Shown piece by piece: positions 25,308 to 35,444 of a DNA stretch of 64,000 nt (positions are counted from its first letter, which is position 1; each line of letters opens with the position of its first letter). The notes under the pieces were generated by a model. That model searched no databases, was not told the origin of the DNA, and saw only the letters and a program-made list of their open reading frames with translations. The DNA lies in the IMG/VR virus record IMGVR_UViG_3300014043_000003, positions 5,850 through 69,849 of that record. One strand, 5' to 3'. This DNA comes from a virus (Duplodnaviria > Heunggongvirae > Uroviricota > Caudoviricetes). The position numbers and the translations under genes were made by a program.

Positions 25308-25715
25308 TCAGTTATGCGTTTCGATCTTGGTCGCAAGCTGGGCAAGCTGAACCTGAAGATCTACTTTTGCTGGTTCGGTCATGAGCATGTTACTGAAGAT
25401 GGAGGCAAGTGTCTTGATCATGATATCCTCGCCGCGCTGCTCAACAGCGGCAAAAAGCATTTTCCTGTACTTCTCCACTTCGTCGGCCGTGAAAGAGTTT
25501 TCAAGGATTCGTACAATCTCATTCCTCAGCTCGGGCCCACTTGAATAATACTGCCTTTCCTTGAAAAGTATTTTCTCCATCACTTTCGGATCAGAAAGGT
25601 ATGACGAGATCGCGTCCTTGGCAATTTGCGTGATTGTCTCATTGCTCAGACCCTCGATCCCCTTTTGTACAGCTCCGTCCAAAACAGAGTCAGCAATTTC
25701 AACAGATAATTTCAT
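25308..25715 (-). CDS. Hypothetical protein
   Basis: 135-aa ORF. Confidence 0.4.
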   Translation of the reverse strand: MKLSVEIADSVLDGAVQKGIEGLSNETITQIAKDAISSYLSDPKVMEKILFKERQYYSSGPELRNEIVRILENSFTADEVEKYRKMLFAAVEQRGEDIMIKTLASIFSNMLMTEPAKVDLQVQLAQLATKIETHN

Positions 25716-25803
25716 ATATTATTATAATGTAGGCGCTCCTCACGCGCTCCCGCGCTCTACGATGCTCCATAAAGGGAGGCACCGTAGAGCCTTTTACCAG
25801 CTT

Positions 25804-26628
25804 TCAAGAGGCATTCAGGGAGTCAAAAAACTCTCTTGTGCCTATCTTCTTCCCCTGCTCGGTCCATTCCTTCTCAAAATTGAACCTTCGCGCGAGGTCG
25901 AAAACGCTCTTGCCCTCCCCTTTCATGGGCTCCGGGAGACGTGCCTGCATATCCTCCAGGCGCTCCCAGTACTCAGGGAGAAGGCCATGCATAGCTCTGA
26001 GCTCCTTCAAATTCTTGTTTCGGCAACACCAGCAGCTCACTCGATCCAGCACATCGTACAGGTCAACATCGCCGTTCCTTGTGTGTTCGATCCAGCCCCA
26101 GCCGCTATTTCTGCAATACTGTAGGCAATCGGCTTCCTTCATGCCCCAATCCACAAGGGGCATTGTAGATCCGTCGGAGTGCGCTTTTTCAAACCTCAGC
26201 GGCTCGTCCGCTGCAATCCCTATGTAATCCGTGACAGGTCCTTGTAAAGACCTTTTATATCGGGAAATGGCCTGCATTTTCTCAGCAGTACCCCAGCGGC
26301 ACACGCCGCCGCACCAGCCATATCCTTTGTGATAGCCGTCTTTGCTGCGGTATTTCACCAGCTTCTCAAACATTGAGAACAGAAACGGCTCTTCTGGATG
26401 CAGTTCCACATACTCGATCCCGTGCCGCAGCAGTAAGCCGGCTGCTTTGTCCCTGACTCTGTAAATGGCGTCAAACTCCATCCCAGTATCATAAAACACG
26501 ACGGCGTCCAAGGGCTTTCCCTCTTCAATGAGTCTCAAAAGCATTGCCAGACTATCTTTTCCGAAGCTCACGCTCGCTATATACTTTTCGTTCACACCGA
26601 CCACAAACCAGATTCCGGCCGTGGTCAA
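25804..26628 (-). CDS. Phosphoadenosine-phosphosulfate reductase family (PP-loop) protein
   Basis: ..ASVSFGKDSLAMLL.. PP-loop (SxGxDS) and an overall PAPS-reductase-like layout. Confidence 0.55.
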   Translation of the reverse strand: MTTAGIWFVVGVNEKYIASVSFGKDSLAMLLRLIEEGKPLDAVVFYDTGMEFDAIYRVRDKAAGLLLRHGIEYVELHPEEPFLFSMFEKLVKYRSKDGYHKGYGWCGGVCRWGTAEKMQAISRYKRSLQGPVTDYIGIAADEPLRFEKAHSDGSTMPLVDWGMKEADCLQYCRNSGWGWIEHTRNGDVDLYDVLDRVSCWCCRNKNLKELRAMHGLLPEYWERLEDMQARLPEPMKGEGKSVFDLARRFNFEKEWTEQGKKIGTREFFDSLNAS

Positions 26629-26779
26629 TTCTCGGCTCCTCCCGTGCTACTTTCCCTCACAGTGGGGATTTGACGCAGTTATCGAGAATTTTACCCAGAA
26701 CTTATGCAAGCTGTAAGGAACCCGGTTTACCGGGCTTGGTGTTACTCCTTTCTGTTCTCAAGCATTTTTGTTGTTACTG

Positions 26780-27400
26780 TCATACAATTGTTACTGTCAT
26801 ACAATTATGGTCTATATCATTTGTTTGCGAATACCCAAGGTGATTATTGTATCTCCAGTGAGGGCATCCGATTCCGGCATCTGAGAAGAATGCGTACGAT
26901 TGTTTCAGGTCTTTTCCTGAATAAAGGCATTTTTCGAAAACAAAGTTCTCAAAATATTCGCATCCTTCAAGCTGGTGTTCTACCTTCAAGTGAAAAAGGC
27001 ATGACTCGCAATTATGTTGCGCCTGTTCCTCCATCACTTTCTTGACTTTTTCCCTTACATTTGGAAGGTCCTCTTTGAAGAGTGCAATTCGATTGCCTCT
27101 GTGAAGTGACAAATCGCGCCTCGAGACATAGATCGGGTCTTTGGCGGGAACATTCACGACACATACATTGACCATCTTTTTCATGCACTCTTTGCATAGA
27201 TCCAATGGATAAAAGCCAAGTTCTGTCGGATTTGTCTCCATTTCCAACTGGTCCAGTGCATCATCAGCGTTGTTGAAAGTCATACAAAGCACTTTATCGG
27301 GAACCTCGCTGTAGAGGACCGGCATTCTCACATCTTGGTAATCGTCAAATCTGAGTTCCTGATTACAAAAATCACAGTAATGACGGTCATTTATCTCCAT
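26780..27400 (-). CDS. Cys-rich hypothetical protein
   Basis: 206 aa with multiple CxxC pairs. The 3' end lies in a 17-bp tandem duplication. Confidence 0.4.
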   Translation of the reverse strand: MEINDRHYCDFCNQELRFDDYQDVRMPVLYSEVPDKVLCMTFNNADDALDQLEMETNPTELGFYPLDLCKECMKKMVNVCVVNVPAKDPIYVSRRDLSLHRGNRIALFKEDLPNVREKVKKVMEEQAQHNCESCLFHLKVEHQLEGCEYFENFVFEKCLYSGKDLKQSYAFFSDAGIGCPHWRYNNHLGYSQTNDIDHNCMTVTIV

Positions 27401-28004
27401 GGCTTTTTCTCCCCGTCATGCGGTCAAACGCTTCATTGTAGAGCCGATATCGCTCTCTGATGTCGCCGATCTGCTCAGGACTCCAGTCTTTCGAGATCTT
27501 TTCCCAATACCCGCATGTCCGAAGTTCCGGGCATGCTCCGCGGTAGACGCAGTTCGGGACAAGGACAGTTCCGATCTCAGGCTGCACCTCAGCGATCACG
27601 GATTTCAGGTCCTCGGCGTACTCCCTTGTTTCCGGAGATGCCTGATAGCACAGGCGCTTGCGCATGGTGTCAATGAGGGCCTGGACATTTGCCTCTCCAA
27701 CGAAGTTCACTGGGGCATCCTGTGGCAGCTTGTCCCGCGGGACGCCGGTCCTGTCGCTGCGCTGTGTCGAAACCCTGCACTCCCAGTGATGACGGACCCA
27801 GTGTGTAGCAATCCAGCTCTTAATCCCGGACCACCGCCAACGGAAAGAGATGTCACGGATGGGGCTGTGCTCCGCGATCAAGATGTCCTGTTTGAATTTC
27901 GATGAAGGCTCATGGCCGAGAGGGGGCTTGCTGACGGTCGATCTGCAGTCGTCAACGACCTCAAGCCAATCGCCTTTCATCTTCAAGAGTTCTGTTTTTG
28001 GCAC
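27387..28004 (-). CDS. Hypothetical protein
   Basis: 205-aa ORF. Confidence 0.4.
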   Translation of the reverse strand: MPKTELLKMKGDWLEVVDDCRSTVSKPPLGHEPSSKFKQDILIAEHSPIRDISFRWRWSGIKSWIATHWVRHHWECRVSTQRSDRTGVPRDKLPQDAPVNFVGEANVQALIDTMRKRLCYQASPETREYAEDLKSVIAEVQPEIGTVLVPNCVYRGACPELRTCGYWEKISKDWSPEQIGDIRERYRLYNEAFDRMTGRKSHGDK

Positions 28005-28010
28005 TTTTCA

Positions 28011-28220
28011 TCATCCTTTCTCTCTCGATTTAGAGAATATGCTGCGCAGAAACCAGCTCACGAGCCACACGATCAGGACAAGCGGCCAGCTAAAGGCAAC
28101 CGTCCACGATCCTATTGTCGTAATTCCAACGGCCTTGAGCGCCCAGCACAGGACCCACACAACGCCGCCTTCGGCCACGAAGCTCACGGCAAGGATTATA
28201 AGTACTACGAAAATTCCCAT
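28011..28220 (-). CDS. Small membrane protein
   Basis: 69 aa with two predicted transmembrane segments. Confidence 0.4.
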   Translation of the reverse strand: MGIFVVLIILAVSFVAEGGVVWVLCWALKAVGITTIGSWTVAFSWPLVLIVWLVSWFLRSIFSKSREKG

Positions 28221-28386
28221 AACTTTTTCCTCCTCTCTTATCGACTATCGGATATAAATCGCTGCGCATAATGGCATTTTTTGCAGGCATACAGTCTTTC
28301 TTCGTACTTGTTGTCCAACTGGAATCTGTAGACAAGCTCCCAGTCATGATGGCAGAATAATGACCGTATGAAATTGATGATTTCCC

Positions 28387-28911
28387 TTAGCATTTTTCGC
28401 GTTCTCCTATGATGGTAAGCTGGAGTACAGAAATTTGCTTTCCACGAATGACTTTCCCAGAGAAATCACGGCCGAAGTCATCAGTGACAAAGACGTTAAC
28501 TGAGGGAAGCTCAGGGGAAAAGGCGTTTTTCAGAGAAATACCCCCAATCCTTACTTTATTCTTATGCCCCTCAAACAATTGAGTGAGGTTTAATTCAGGC
28601 AGTTCATCTCTCTCTTCTTTGGGGATTAAGCGCTCAACGCGGGTAATCATTTTGCGAGGTTCAGTTGTGTCGCCCGCTGCAGCTTTACCGTAGTAGTGCC
28701 CATACTTCTGCAAGCAGTAATTGGTCATTTTATGCCTGCACATGTTTTCCTTCACATCATACTTTGGGCACCCACGGCACATTTCCTTCAAAATCGAAGA
28801 TACCTTTTCCGGAGGATCAGGAACAGCCTCTTCCCGATCCGGACCACATACCAGACAGTGCTCCGAGAAGTCCGGTATGTACAGGCCGCATTTTCTACAA
28901 TACCTGCTCAT
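28387..28911 (-). CDS. Cys-rich (zinc-ribbon) hypothetical protein
   Basis: CRKCG...CLVCG...CRGC motifs. Confidence 0.4.
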   Translation of the reverse strand: MSRYCRKCGLYIPDFSEHCLVCGPDREEAVPDPPEKVSSILKEMCRGCPKYDVKENMCRHKMTNYCLQKYGHYYGKAAAGDTTEPRKMITRVERLIPKEERDELPELNLTQLFEGHKNKVRIGGISLKNAFSPELPSVNVFVTDDFGRDFSGKVIRGKQISVLQLTIIGEREKC

Positions 28912-29093
28912 TTCTTTTCCTCAAACAACATGTAGTTTCCGAGTGGACCGCACCACCAGTCGATTTCTGTTTTCTCTTGATCAGCTCTGCCGCTTGCGCA
29001 ATATGCGAATGGAATGCAGATGTCCATTGTATGTTGAGGAACGGTCTTCTGACATGCTGTATATAGGGGACAGTCCGTGCTCACGCAGATCAT
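28908..29093 (-). CDS. Small Cys-rich hypothetical protein
   Basis: 61-aa ORF. Confidence 0.3.
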   Translation of the reverse strand: MICVSTDCPLYTACQKTVPQHTMDICIPFAYCASGRADQEKTEIDWWCGPLGNYMLFEEKK

Positions 29094-29311
29094 TGAGGAT
29101 CTCCGCCTTCCGTCTTTGCTTCATAGTCGTACCCCATCCGTTTAAGGGTGCGAATCATGAGCTCACGATGATTCGGATACTTCCCCTCATCCAGCCGGCG
29201 AATAAGCTGTTCCTTTTTGGCCGGTACAAAATCATCATCGCCGTGACCGGCAAGGCAGTAATCTGCCGCGCATACGGCGCATTCGCCGGAACAGTCTGAA
29301 AATAACTTCAT
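29090..29311 (-). CDS. Small hypothetical protein
   Basis: 73-aa ORF. Confidence 0.3.
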   Translation of the reverse strand: MKLFSDCSGECAVCAADYCLAGHGDDDFVPAKKEQLIRRLDEGKYPNHRELMIRTLKRMGYDYEAKTEGGDPQ

Positions 29312-29329
29312 TATTGAACTCCTTCATAT

Positions 29330-29785
29330 TTAAAACCCGTATCTCACTATCCATGGATAAGGCCGCATTCTATCTTGCAGCAGGTCATCGGCGATTGGAT
29401 CGCACGGCTGGACTTGGTAAGGGTAAAGAAAAGGCTGCTTTTCTGGAGTAATCTTGAGCTTGTCTGCGAGCTTTGCCACATCGTCGAAGTCGAAATTGGC
29501 AACAGATATGGGGCTGAGGTATGGGGTATCTTTTGCCTTCTTCATGATGGCCTTTATCTTAAGATAATCATCCCGAGTGACCATCAATACCCCGCCAGAG
29601 ACCATTGCCTGCCCTTTTTTAAGCGGTTGTCCACTCCACACCCCGTACCGTTTCAGCCATTTCTTGTTAATACGGCGCTTGTGGTGCTTCCTCCGCTGCT
29701 CACCGTTTCCGTGCCGGCAGACAACAACGACTTGATATCCGAAAAGTCGCTCTGGCTTATCCAATTTCAGATAGTTCACTTTCAT
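29330..29785 (-). CDS. Hypothetical protein
   Basis: 151-aa ORF. Confidence 0.4.
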   Translation of the reverse strand: MKVNYLKLDKPERLFGYQVVVVCRHGNGEQRRKHHKRRINKKWLKRYGVWSGQPLKKGQAMVSGGVLMVTRDDYLKIKAIMKKAKDTPYLSPISVANFDFDDVAKLADKLKITPEKQPFLYPYQVQPCDPIADDLLQDRMRPYPWIVRYGF

Positions 29786-29950
29786 GTTTCTTCCTCATGC
29801 TCAATGATCCAAAACTCTGAGAGGATTTCTATAGCTTCAATGCACATGGCCCAGAGTCCTTGATTTCCGCTTTCAAGAACCTTTTTTCTGGCTTCATCCC
29901 ACACTTCCTCCGGAAGCCGTTTGACAATTTCTGAGATATAATCGCCCATA
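29783..29950 (-). CDS. Small hypothetical protein (55 aa), not in the ORF track
   Basis: ATG at 29950 preceded by an AAGGAGG ribosome-binding site. The stop overlaps the next start (ATGA). Confidence 0.4.
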
Positions 29951-29961
29951 AAGTGCCTCCT

Positions 29962-30162
29962 TCACAGGCTACCATCGGTCCTGACGCCGATAAGCTTGCC
30001 GATCTTCTGAGCGCAGAACGGGCAGATCCAGCCGTCATCCCGAACGAACACGGCATAGGGATCTTGCTTCTTCAGACAAATAGAGCATTGCTTGGTAGGC
30101 GGCCTGTCGGAGCCTGGGACTTTGTCATAACGCATTACGCACGCGGTTTTTTCTTCTGACAT
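29962..30162 (-). CDS. Small Cys-rich hypothetical protein
   Basis: 66-aa ORF. Confidence 0.3.
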   Translation of the reverse strand: MSEEKTACVMRYDKVPGSDRPPTKQCSICLKKQDPYAVFVRDDGWICPFCAQKIGKLIGVRTDGSL

Positions 30163-30355
30163 CGGATGCTCCTAACCGAACATACAGGGAGAGCCTGTTT
30201 TTTGCTGCTTGAAGCTCATTCTCTGCATCGTTCACGAATTGTTTGTTGCGGATTGTAGGCGAAATCGAGTATTGGTGCTCCGCGATCCGCTTCCTTTCGA
30301 GGGCAGCGTAGACGGCAGTCCAAAGTAATTTTTCACGATCCATCTTTGTCTCCAT
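30125..30355 (-). CDS. Small hypothetical protein
   Basis: 76-aa ORF. Confidence 0.3.
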   Translation of the reverse strand: METKMDREKLLWTAVYAALERKRIAEHQYSISPTIRNKQFVNDAENELQAAKNRLSLYVRLGASDVRRKNRVRNAL

Positions 30356-30515
30356 CTTTGTTCACTTTCCTCTTCCAGCACGGACAGCCGCGCTCGTCTG
30401 GCTCGGGTGGGCAGTCGGCGCAGTACTCACTATCTCCGTTGCAGCACACGCCAAACCAGTCATAGTACCAATCGCAGGTTTCGCATACCTGCTTCACCGG
30501 CGTTTCGTTATCCAT
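30333..30515 (-). CDS. Small Cys-rich hypothetical protein
   Basis: 60 aa with many Cys residues. Confidence 0.3.
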   Translation of the reverse strand: MDNETPVKQVCETCDWYYDWFGVCCNGDSEYCADCPPEPDERGCPCWKRKVNKDGDKDGS

Positions 30516-30900
30516 GCAAAGCCTCCATGCAATACCCGCTGTCCACGAATCTCAGCGTTTTCTCGTGATTGACAGCGTTCCCGATATAGGTGTATATCTC
30601 GTCCATATCCTGCTGAGTGAAGCTGGTGCCGAGGAAGCGGTTGATCCCATCAATATGGTATTTCTGAGACCATGGGTACACGCTTTTTGACGCCTCTCTG
30701 GAAAGCCATTCGAGGATCTTTGCGGTAAGCTCTCTCTCGGTATGCACACCGTCAAGGCTGAAATAGGTGTTTCTTTTTGGCTCAATAATGAGCTCAAAGT
30801 TATGATTGATAAAGAGCCTCGGGAAGGCCGCTGTAAGCCTGTTCCGGATCTCCTTATTTTCCATGACGTTCACGCCACTCGCCCTCCTTTTTGATCTCAT
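30508..30900 (-). CDS. Hypothetical protein
   Basis: 130-aa ORF. Confidence 0.4.
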   Translation of the reverse strand: MRSKRRASGVNVMENKEIRNRLTAAFPRLFINHNFELIIEPKRNTYFSLDGVHTERELTAKILEWLSREASKSVYPWSQKYHIDGINRFLGTSFTQQDMDEIYTYIGNAVNHEKTLRFVDSGYCMEALHG

Positions 30901-30958
30901 ATTGGTTTACCGTCCCCAGAGTATTCCGGGGACGGTTTGTTATCTTGGCGCTGAGAGA

Positions 30959-31342
30959 TCAGGTTTCGTCGATGAGCTGGCGCAGCTCTTCAACAGATTT
31001 CTTGCTCAGCTCCTCCTCTTCCTTCTTTTCGAGCAGGGCCATGTACTTTTCGCGCTTAGCCTGGCGATCGGCCTCGTTGCGTCTCTCAAGGATCTCCTTC
31101 TGTTTCTCCTCGAAGACATACTTGACGATCTCGATGCGGTTCTCCAGATCAACGTCATCCTTGGTCTGGCCGATGGTCATGAGCAGGGAATCTTCGGTCT
31201 GGACGCGGCGGGACTTGACGAGGGCCTTGTAGATGGAGTTGAGCTGTTCCAGGGATAGGTCCCACAGTTCCTCGGTGCTGATCATGCCCTTGAAGGGGAA
31301 GCGATATTTTTCACGAGAAGCGATTTCAAAGACGTTTTTCAT
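30959..31342 (-). CDS. Hypothetical coiled-coil protein
   Basis: 127-aa ORF. Confidence 0.4.
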   Translation of the reverse strand: MKNVFEIASREKYRFPFKGMISTEELWDLSLEQLNSIYKALVKSRRVQTEDSLLMTIGQTKDDVDLENRIEIVKYVFEEKQKEILERRNEADRQAKREKYMALLEKKEEEELSKKSVEELRQLIDET

Positions 31343-31528
31343 TGTTTGATTTCTCCTTTAGTTTTTTTCTTTCGTGAGATTGGAAATGGTATTTTGCTGT
31401 TCCTCCAAACGGTTTGCGACATCGCTGCAAAGTAAGTCCCAGCGCATTTCACCTGTTCCGACGTGATCATTCTTGTGGATTTCAGCGAGTCTGCGCAGTT
31501 CACGAATCATATCATCTGTATCCATAAA

Positions 31529-32443
31529 TCACTCCTTGTCTCCCTGAAGGTAATCCGATGCATTCACGATGGTGGACCCTCCGGACGTGATACGGGGAAG
31601 CATACCGTCCCAAGCCTGCGCGTATGTATAGTCAATCAAACCAGACGTGATAGACTCTGCGATGGCACGGTTGGCATCCGCCTCAGCCTCCGCCGCAATT
31701 CTCACGGCTTTTGCATTGGCTTCTGCCTCGATAATCTCCCGTTCAGCATTGATCTGTGCAACCTGCTTGTCTTTCTCAGCTTGTACTTTCGCGGTCTGAG
31801 CTTCGATATTGGCAAGCTCAAGTTCCTGCTGCGCGGTAACTTTTTTCTGGATGGCCGCGGCCGTCTCATCATCAACTGAGATATCTGTGAAGTTTACGGT
31901 GTCGATAATGATGCCGTATGGGTCAAACTTCTGCTTCAGGTACGTATCAAGCTCGGCGTTGATTGCTGTGCGCTGATCTCCAAAAATGTCTGTGACGGGA
32001 TAATGTGCACTGACCTCCTGCGTCCAAGCAATGATCTTCGGCTTGATAAACGTGTCTTTGATTACTTCGCCGCTTTTGCCCTTAAAACGAACAAAGGTTT
32101 CTGTGACGCGATCCTCATCGAAGCGATAGGAGAACTCAAGATTGACGCGGACTGTCTTTCCGTCTGAGGTCGGAATACTAAAGCTCTCGTCTTCCTTGCT
32201 GTCTCCCTTGTTGTCTGAGGTAAGATAGCTCTGTTCGAGGCCAATGCTGTATGTCGTCACTTTCTTTGTCGGAGACACGACATGCCAGCCCTGCGTGATA
32301 TACTCACCGTCAACGCCGCCGTTCATGTTGTACACGACTCCGACATAGCCAGCCGGGATCTTTTCCAGGCATACGACGCCGCACACGAGCGCCACAATCA
32401 GTATGATTGCGACGAAAACTCCTCCAACTGTACCACTTCTCAT
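31529..32443 (-). CDS. SPFH/band-7 (prohibitin/HflK-like) domain membrane protein
   Basis: N-terminal transmembrane segment, an SPFH-like core and a C-terminal coiled coil (QQELELANIEAQTAKVQAEKDK..). Confidence 0.6.
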   Translation of the reverse strand: MRSGTVGGVFVAIILIVALVCGVVCLEKIPAGYVGVVYNMNGGVDGEYITQGWHVVSPTKKVTTYSIGLEQSYLTSDNKGDSKEDESFSIPTSDGKTVRVNLEFSYRFDEDRVTETFVRFKGKSGEVIKDTFIKPKIIAWTQEVSAHYPVTDIFGDQRTAINAELDTYLKQKFDPYGIIIDTVNFTDISVDDETAAAIQKKVTAQQELELANIEAQTAKVQAEKDKQVAQINAEREIIEAEANAKAVRIAAEAEADANRAIAESITSGLIDYTYAQAWDGMLPRITSGGSTIVNASDYLQGDKE

Positions 32444-32602
32444 CTTTCTTCGTCCTCCTCTTCGTAGACGTCATTCATTTCGTCGCGGGTGTATTCCACC
32501 TCGCCCTTGATGGCTCTGCCTATGGCTCCAAACACTGGGCGGAACAGAGCCCAGATTGCTACACCAATCACGGCGATAGCAAGCCAAAATACGATATTCA
32601 TT
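32444..32602 (-). CDS. Small membrane protein upstream of the SPFH gene (52 aa)
   Basis: MNIVFWLAIAVIGVAIWALF.. The stop overlaps the SPFH start. Not in the ORF track because it is under 60 aa. Confidence 0.35.
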
Positions 32603-32703
32603 GAATACCCCCTACAAATTTGCCAGTGTATTGTAAAAAATGCGGGTATTTTTTTAATACCCGCACAGATTCGCGGGATTATTGCAAGACTACTTTAAAT
32701 ATT

Positions 32704-34752
32704 TCAGAAACAGATCCGCATGATACGCTCGGTTGCCCCCTTGACCTTCAGGACAATGTCGCCGCGCTTCGTGGTGCTGAATCCGAGGCCGGAGAGCTGA
32801 TCATCCACATAGGCGACCTTCATTTTGCCGCCCAGGGCCTCAAATACGCGCTTGTGTTCGACAAGCTCCTGCTTGAGGAACTCATTGTAGAAGCCGTTTG
32901 GCTCCTCCGGATTCTTGCAGTCCTTCAAGATGAAGAAGAGGTGCTTGTGGCCGATGCCGGTCTGCTCGTCCCAATAATTTGGAGAGAACATCACGACGCT
33001 GACGGGGACAAAGTCCATCGTCTTGATGCCCCAGATTTCAGTGCTGGAGGTATCGACGGGAAGAGAATGCTCAATGGTGAAGTTGCCCTTGGAATCAAGG
33101 GTAACGACAGCCACTTCCACCTTCTCGTTCTGGCGGAGTTCCTTTCTGTAGTCATACTTGAAGATCTGACCGTCGAATTCAATTTCGGCGCGGAAACCGT
33201 CACGGCCGCCGCGATTGGTGTACTGGTGTACGAAGAATCTGTACTTGCCGGGCCTCATGCGCCGCAAGTCAGGCCAAGTGATGTTTTCGACCGCGGCAAC
33301 CGTATTGTACGGGTGCGTGATATCCACATCCAGATTGCCGCCGTCTCTGCACAGTTTGTTATAGTAGGCGATCTCCTCGCCGCTGGGCTCAAAGCAATGT
33401 GCATCAAGGTCGTTCCGGCTGTATTCCCCGGTGTCGTTCCACTGGATGCTGAATCTGAGGACACCATCGACACGGCCGCCGGCTGACTTGACGTTCTGCT
33501 TCACATCGCTGTCGGTGATATTCCCGGCGTAGGCCCACGAGAACGGGTTGTTCCACTTGAACATGGAGGGCGCATCGCTGTTCTGAGGGGCGATCACGGA
33601 AACGAAGTTGGGCGCGTGGCGGTTCTCCACATAGGCCTCGATCTCCTTTGCCGTCGGAAGGACCTCCTTGATGAAGGTCTCCGCGGAGATCTCCTCCACT
33701 CGATCGAACTTCTTCGGGGATTTCTTTGCATCGGCCTTCATCTCATCGAAGACCGTGGCGCCGACGATCCGCTTGGCCGCATCCCTGTTTGAGAACAGGA
33801 TGTTGTTCACGCGGATATCGTCAAGCTGAGCGTAACGGCGGGGCAGAGACTCCATGTATCCGAGGTCCCGGATGGTCTTCTTGGCCTCCTCCAGCATCTT
33901 TTCGGTGAAGATGGCCTTGGGCCTTTTGTAATTTGCTGGGGCTACAATGGCCTCGTAGCGCCTCACAGCCTCATTGAGATCCACGTTCTCGGAAATGTCC
34001 ACCAACAGAGTGCCGATGGAGTGATTGCGCATGCGGCTCAGGACAGGACCGGCCTTCTTCGACGCTTTCAGGGCATACAGGTTCTTCTTTTCCTCAGAGA
34101 TATTGTCGTACTCCGTCTTATATTTCTTGAGCTCCAGAAGGCTGTTCTTCCACTCCTGGCCCTTGTACAGGGTGTTGCTGCCGATGAGTTCAAGGACGGT
34201 GTCTATGGACTCCATCGTGATCTCCCGCAGGGTACGGGCGAAGACCTCGGCCGCCGATCTGCGGTGGGCTTTCTCGGTATCAATGGTGTCCCTGCCGCGG
34301 TACTGCCACGGATCAGGGATGGGGAGGTAAAAGTGCTCCCAGGTCGTGAGGTTGCCGGTGTTGCTGTCGTACTCGTGGCTCTTCTCTGTGCCGGCGAAGG
34401 TCTCCTTGGTGATGTACTCGTCGGTGATGCTCCGGCTGAGCACATATGTGTTCACGGCGTCAAGGACAAGCTGGAAATCCGGATCTTCCACGGTGAAGCC
34501 CCAGATCGTATGGCGGTCCAGATTCTCGTCAATGAACACGATGCCGCCGATCGTCTTGATGAAGTGACGGCAGCAGGAGCAGTCGAACTCCCGGCGGGTC
34601 CTGTAGATCGGATTGACTCTTGCGGGGAAGCTCTCCAGATAGGTGCTCCAGAGAACGTCCTTGTCCACATCGGTCTGGTAGGCCGTGCCGTAGCGCGCCA
34701 CCAGATCATCGAAGTTCTTTCGCAGCGCAAGCTGCAGATCGTGAAATCTCAT
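32704..34752 (-). CDS. Large hypothetical phage protein (682 aa)
   Basis: Long clean ORF with no recognisable motif. Confidence 0.5.
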   Translation of the reverse strand: MRFHDLQLALRKNFDDLVARYGTAYQTDVDKDVLWSTYLESFPARVNPIYRTRREFDCSCCRHFIKTIGGIVFIDENLDRHTIWGFTVEDPDFQLVLDAVNTYVLSRSITDEYITKETFAGTEKSHEYDSNTGNLTTWEHFYLPIPDPWQYRGRDTIDTEKAHRRSAAEVFARTLREITMESIDTVLELIGSNTLYKGQEWKNSLLELKKYKTEYDNISEEKKNLYALKASKKAGPVLSRMRNHSIGTLLVDISENVDLNEAVRRYEAIVAPANYKRPKAIFTEKMLEEAKKTIRDLGYMESLPRRYAQLDDIRVNNILFSNRDAAKRIVGATVFDEMKADAKKSPKKFDRVEEISAETFIKEVLPTAKEIEAYVENRHAPNFVSVIAPQNSDAPSMFKWNNPFSWAYAGNITDSDVKQNVKSAGGRVDGVLRFSIQWNDTGEYSRNDLDAHCFEPSGEEIAYYNKLCRDGGNLDVDITHPYNTVAAVENITWPDLRRMRPGKYRFFVHQYTNRGGRDGFRAEIEFDGQIFKYDYRKELRQNEKVEVAVVTLDSKGNFTIEHSLPVDTSSTEIWGIKTMDFVPVSVVMFSPNYWDEQTGIGHKHLFFILKDCKNPEEPNGFYNEFLKQELVEHKRVFEALGGKMKVAYVDDQLSGLGFSTTKRGDIVLKVKGATERIMRICF

Positions 34753-35444
34753 CTCTCCATTTCCTTTCTCAAGCTGTCTTTTATATAGTAATCAAGGCCG
34801 ATTCTCTGGCAGAGGGCCTCAGCCTCAATCCCAAACTGTTTCCAGTCGATATCCGACTGATGGTAGTTCAGCTTCCCGATCTTGACGCGGTCAACAAAAT
34901 AGTACTTCGCCAAGACGATATAGCTTATAACGCGGACGTTGTTCAGCACAGGCTCGAACGAAATCCATGTATTTATGCCCTTTGTTTTCGCCAATCTGAG
35001 CGTTTCGAGTCTCGAAACTGCTACGTTGCCGTCTTCGCTGCCGTCAAGCGTGACACCATACCAGTCGTTTTCGTCCAGCAGGTCTAAGGCATCGCTGCCG
35101 TCCCCTTTGGTGAGGATCTGAACATGATTCCCGTGCTCTTTCAGCAGCTTGATAATCTCAAGCGTCGTGGTGTGATCATAGCCCGTGGGGAATGGATCAC
35201 AGGTGAAACACAGGAAAATCGTCTTCCCGGTGATCGACTCCTTTTGGAGCTGTTTTCTGACCTCCTCAACGATGTTGGGGCGCGGTGTGACGGAGGCATG
35301 GAACTGTGCCCTATCCTTGTGCAGGACGTTCGGAACGTAGCAATAGGGGCAGGCATGGGGGCATCCGTCATAGATATTCAGTGCGAAGCCATCTTCGGCG
35401 TACTCGCCGGCGGCTCCTCGCGGCCTATATATTGGTGGTCTCAT
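34749..35444 (-). CDS. Radical SAM protein
   Basis: CPHACPYC CxxxCxxC cluster. Confidence 0.55.
   Translation of the reverse strand: MRPPIYRPRGAAGEYAEDGFALNIYDGCPHACPYCYVPNVLHKDRAQFHASVTPRPNIVEEVRKQLQKESITGKTIFLCFTCDPFPTGYDHTTTLEIIKLLKEHGNHVQILTKGDGSDALDLLDENDWYGVTLDGSEDGNVAVSRLETLRLAKTKGINTWISFEPVLNNVRVISYIVLAKYYFVDRVKIGKLNYHQSDIDWKQFGIEAEALCQRIGLDYYIKDSLRKEMER

Noticed and set aside
29829-30056. 75-aa minus-strand ORF
   Set aside because: It overlaps both neighbouring small genes. The co-located 55-aa ORF at 29783..29950 has a strong ribosome-binding site and fits the operon spacing better.
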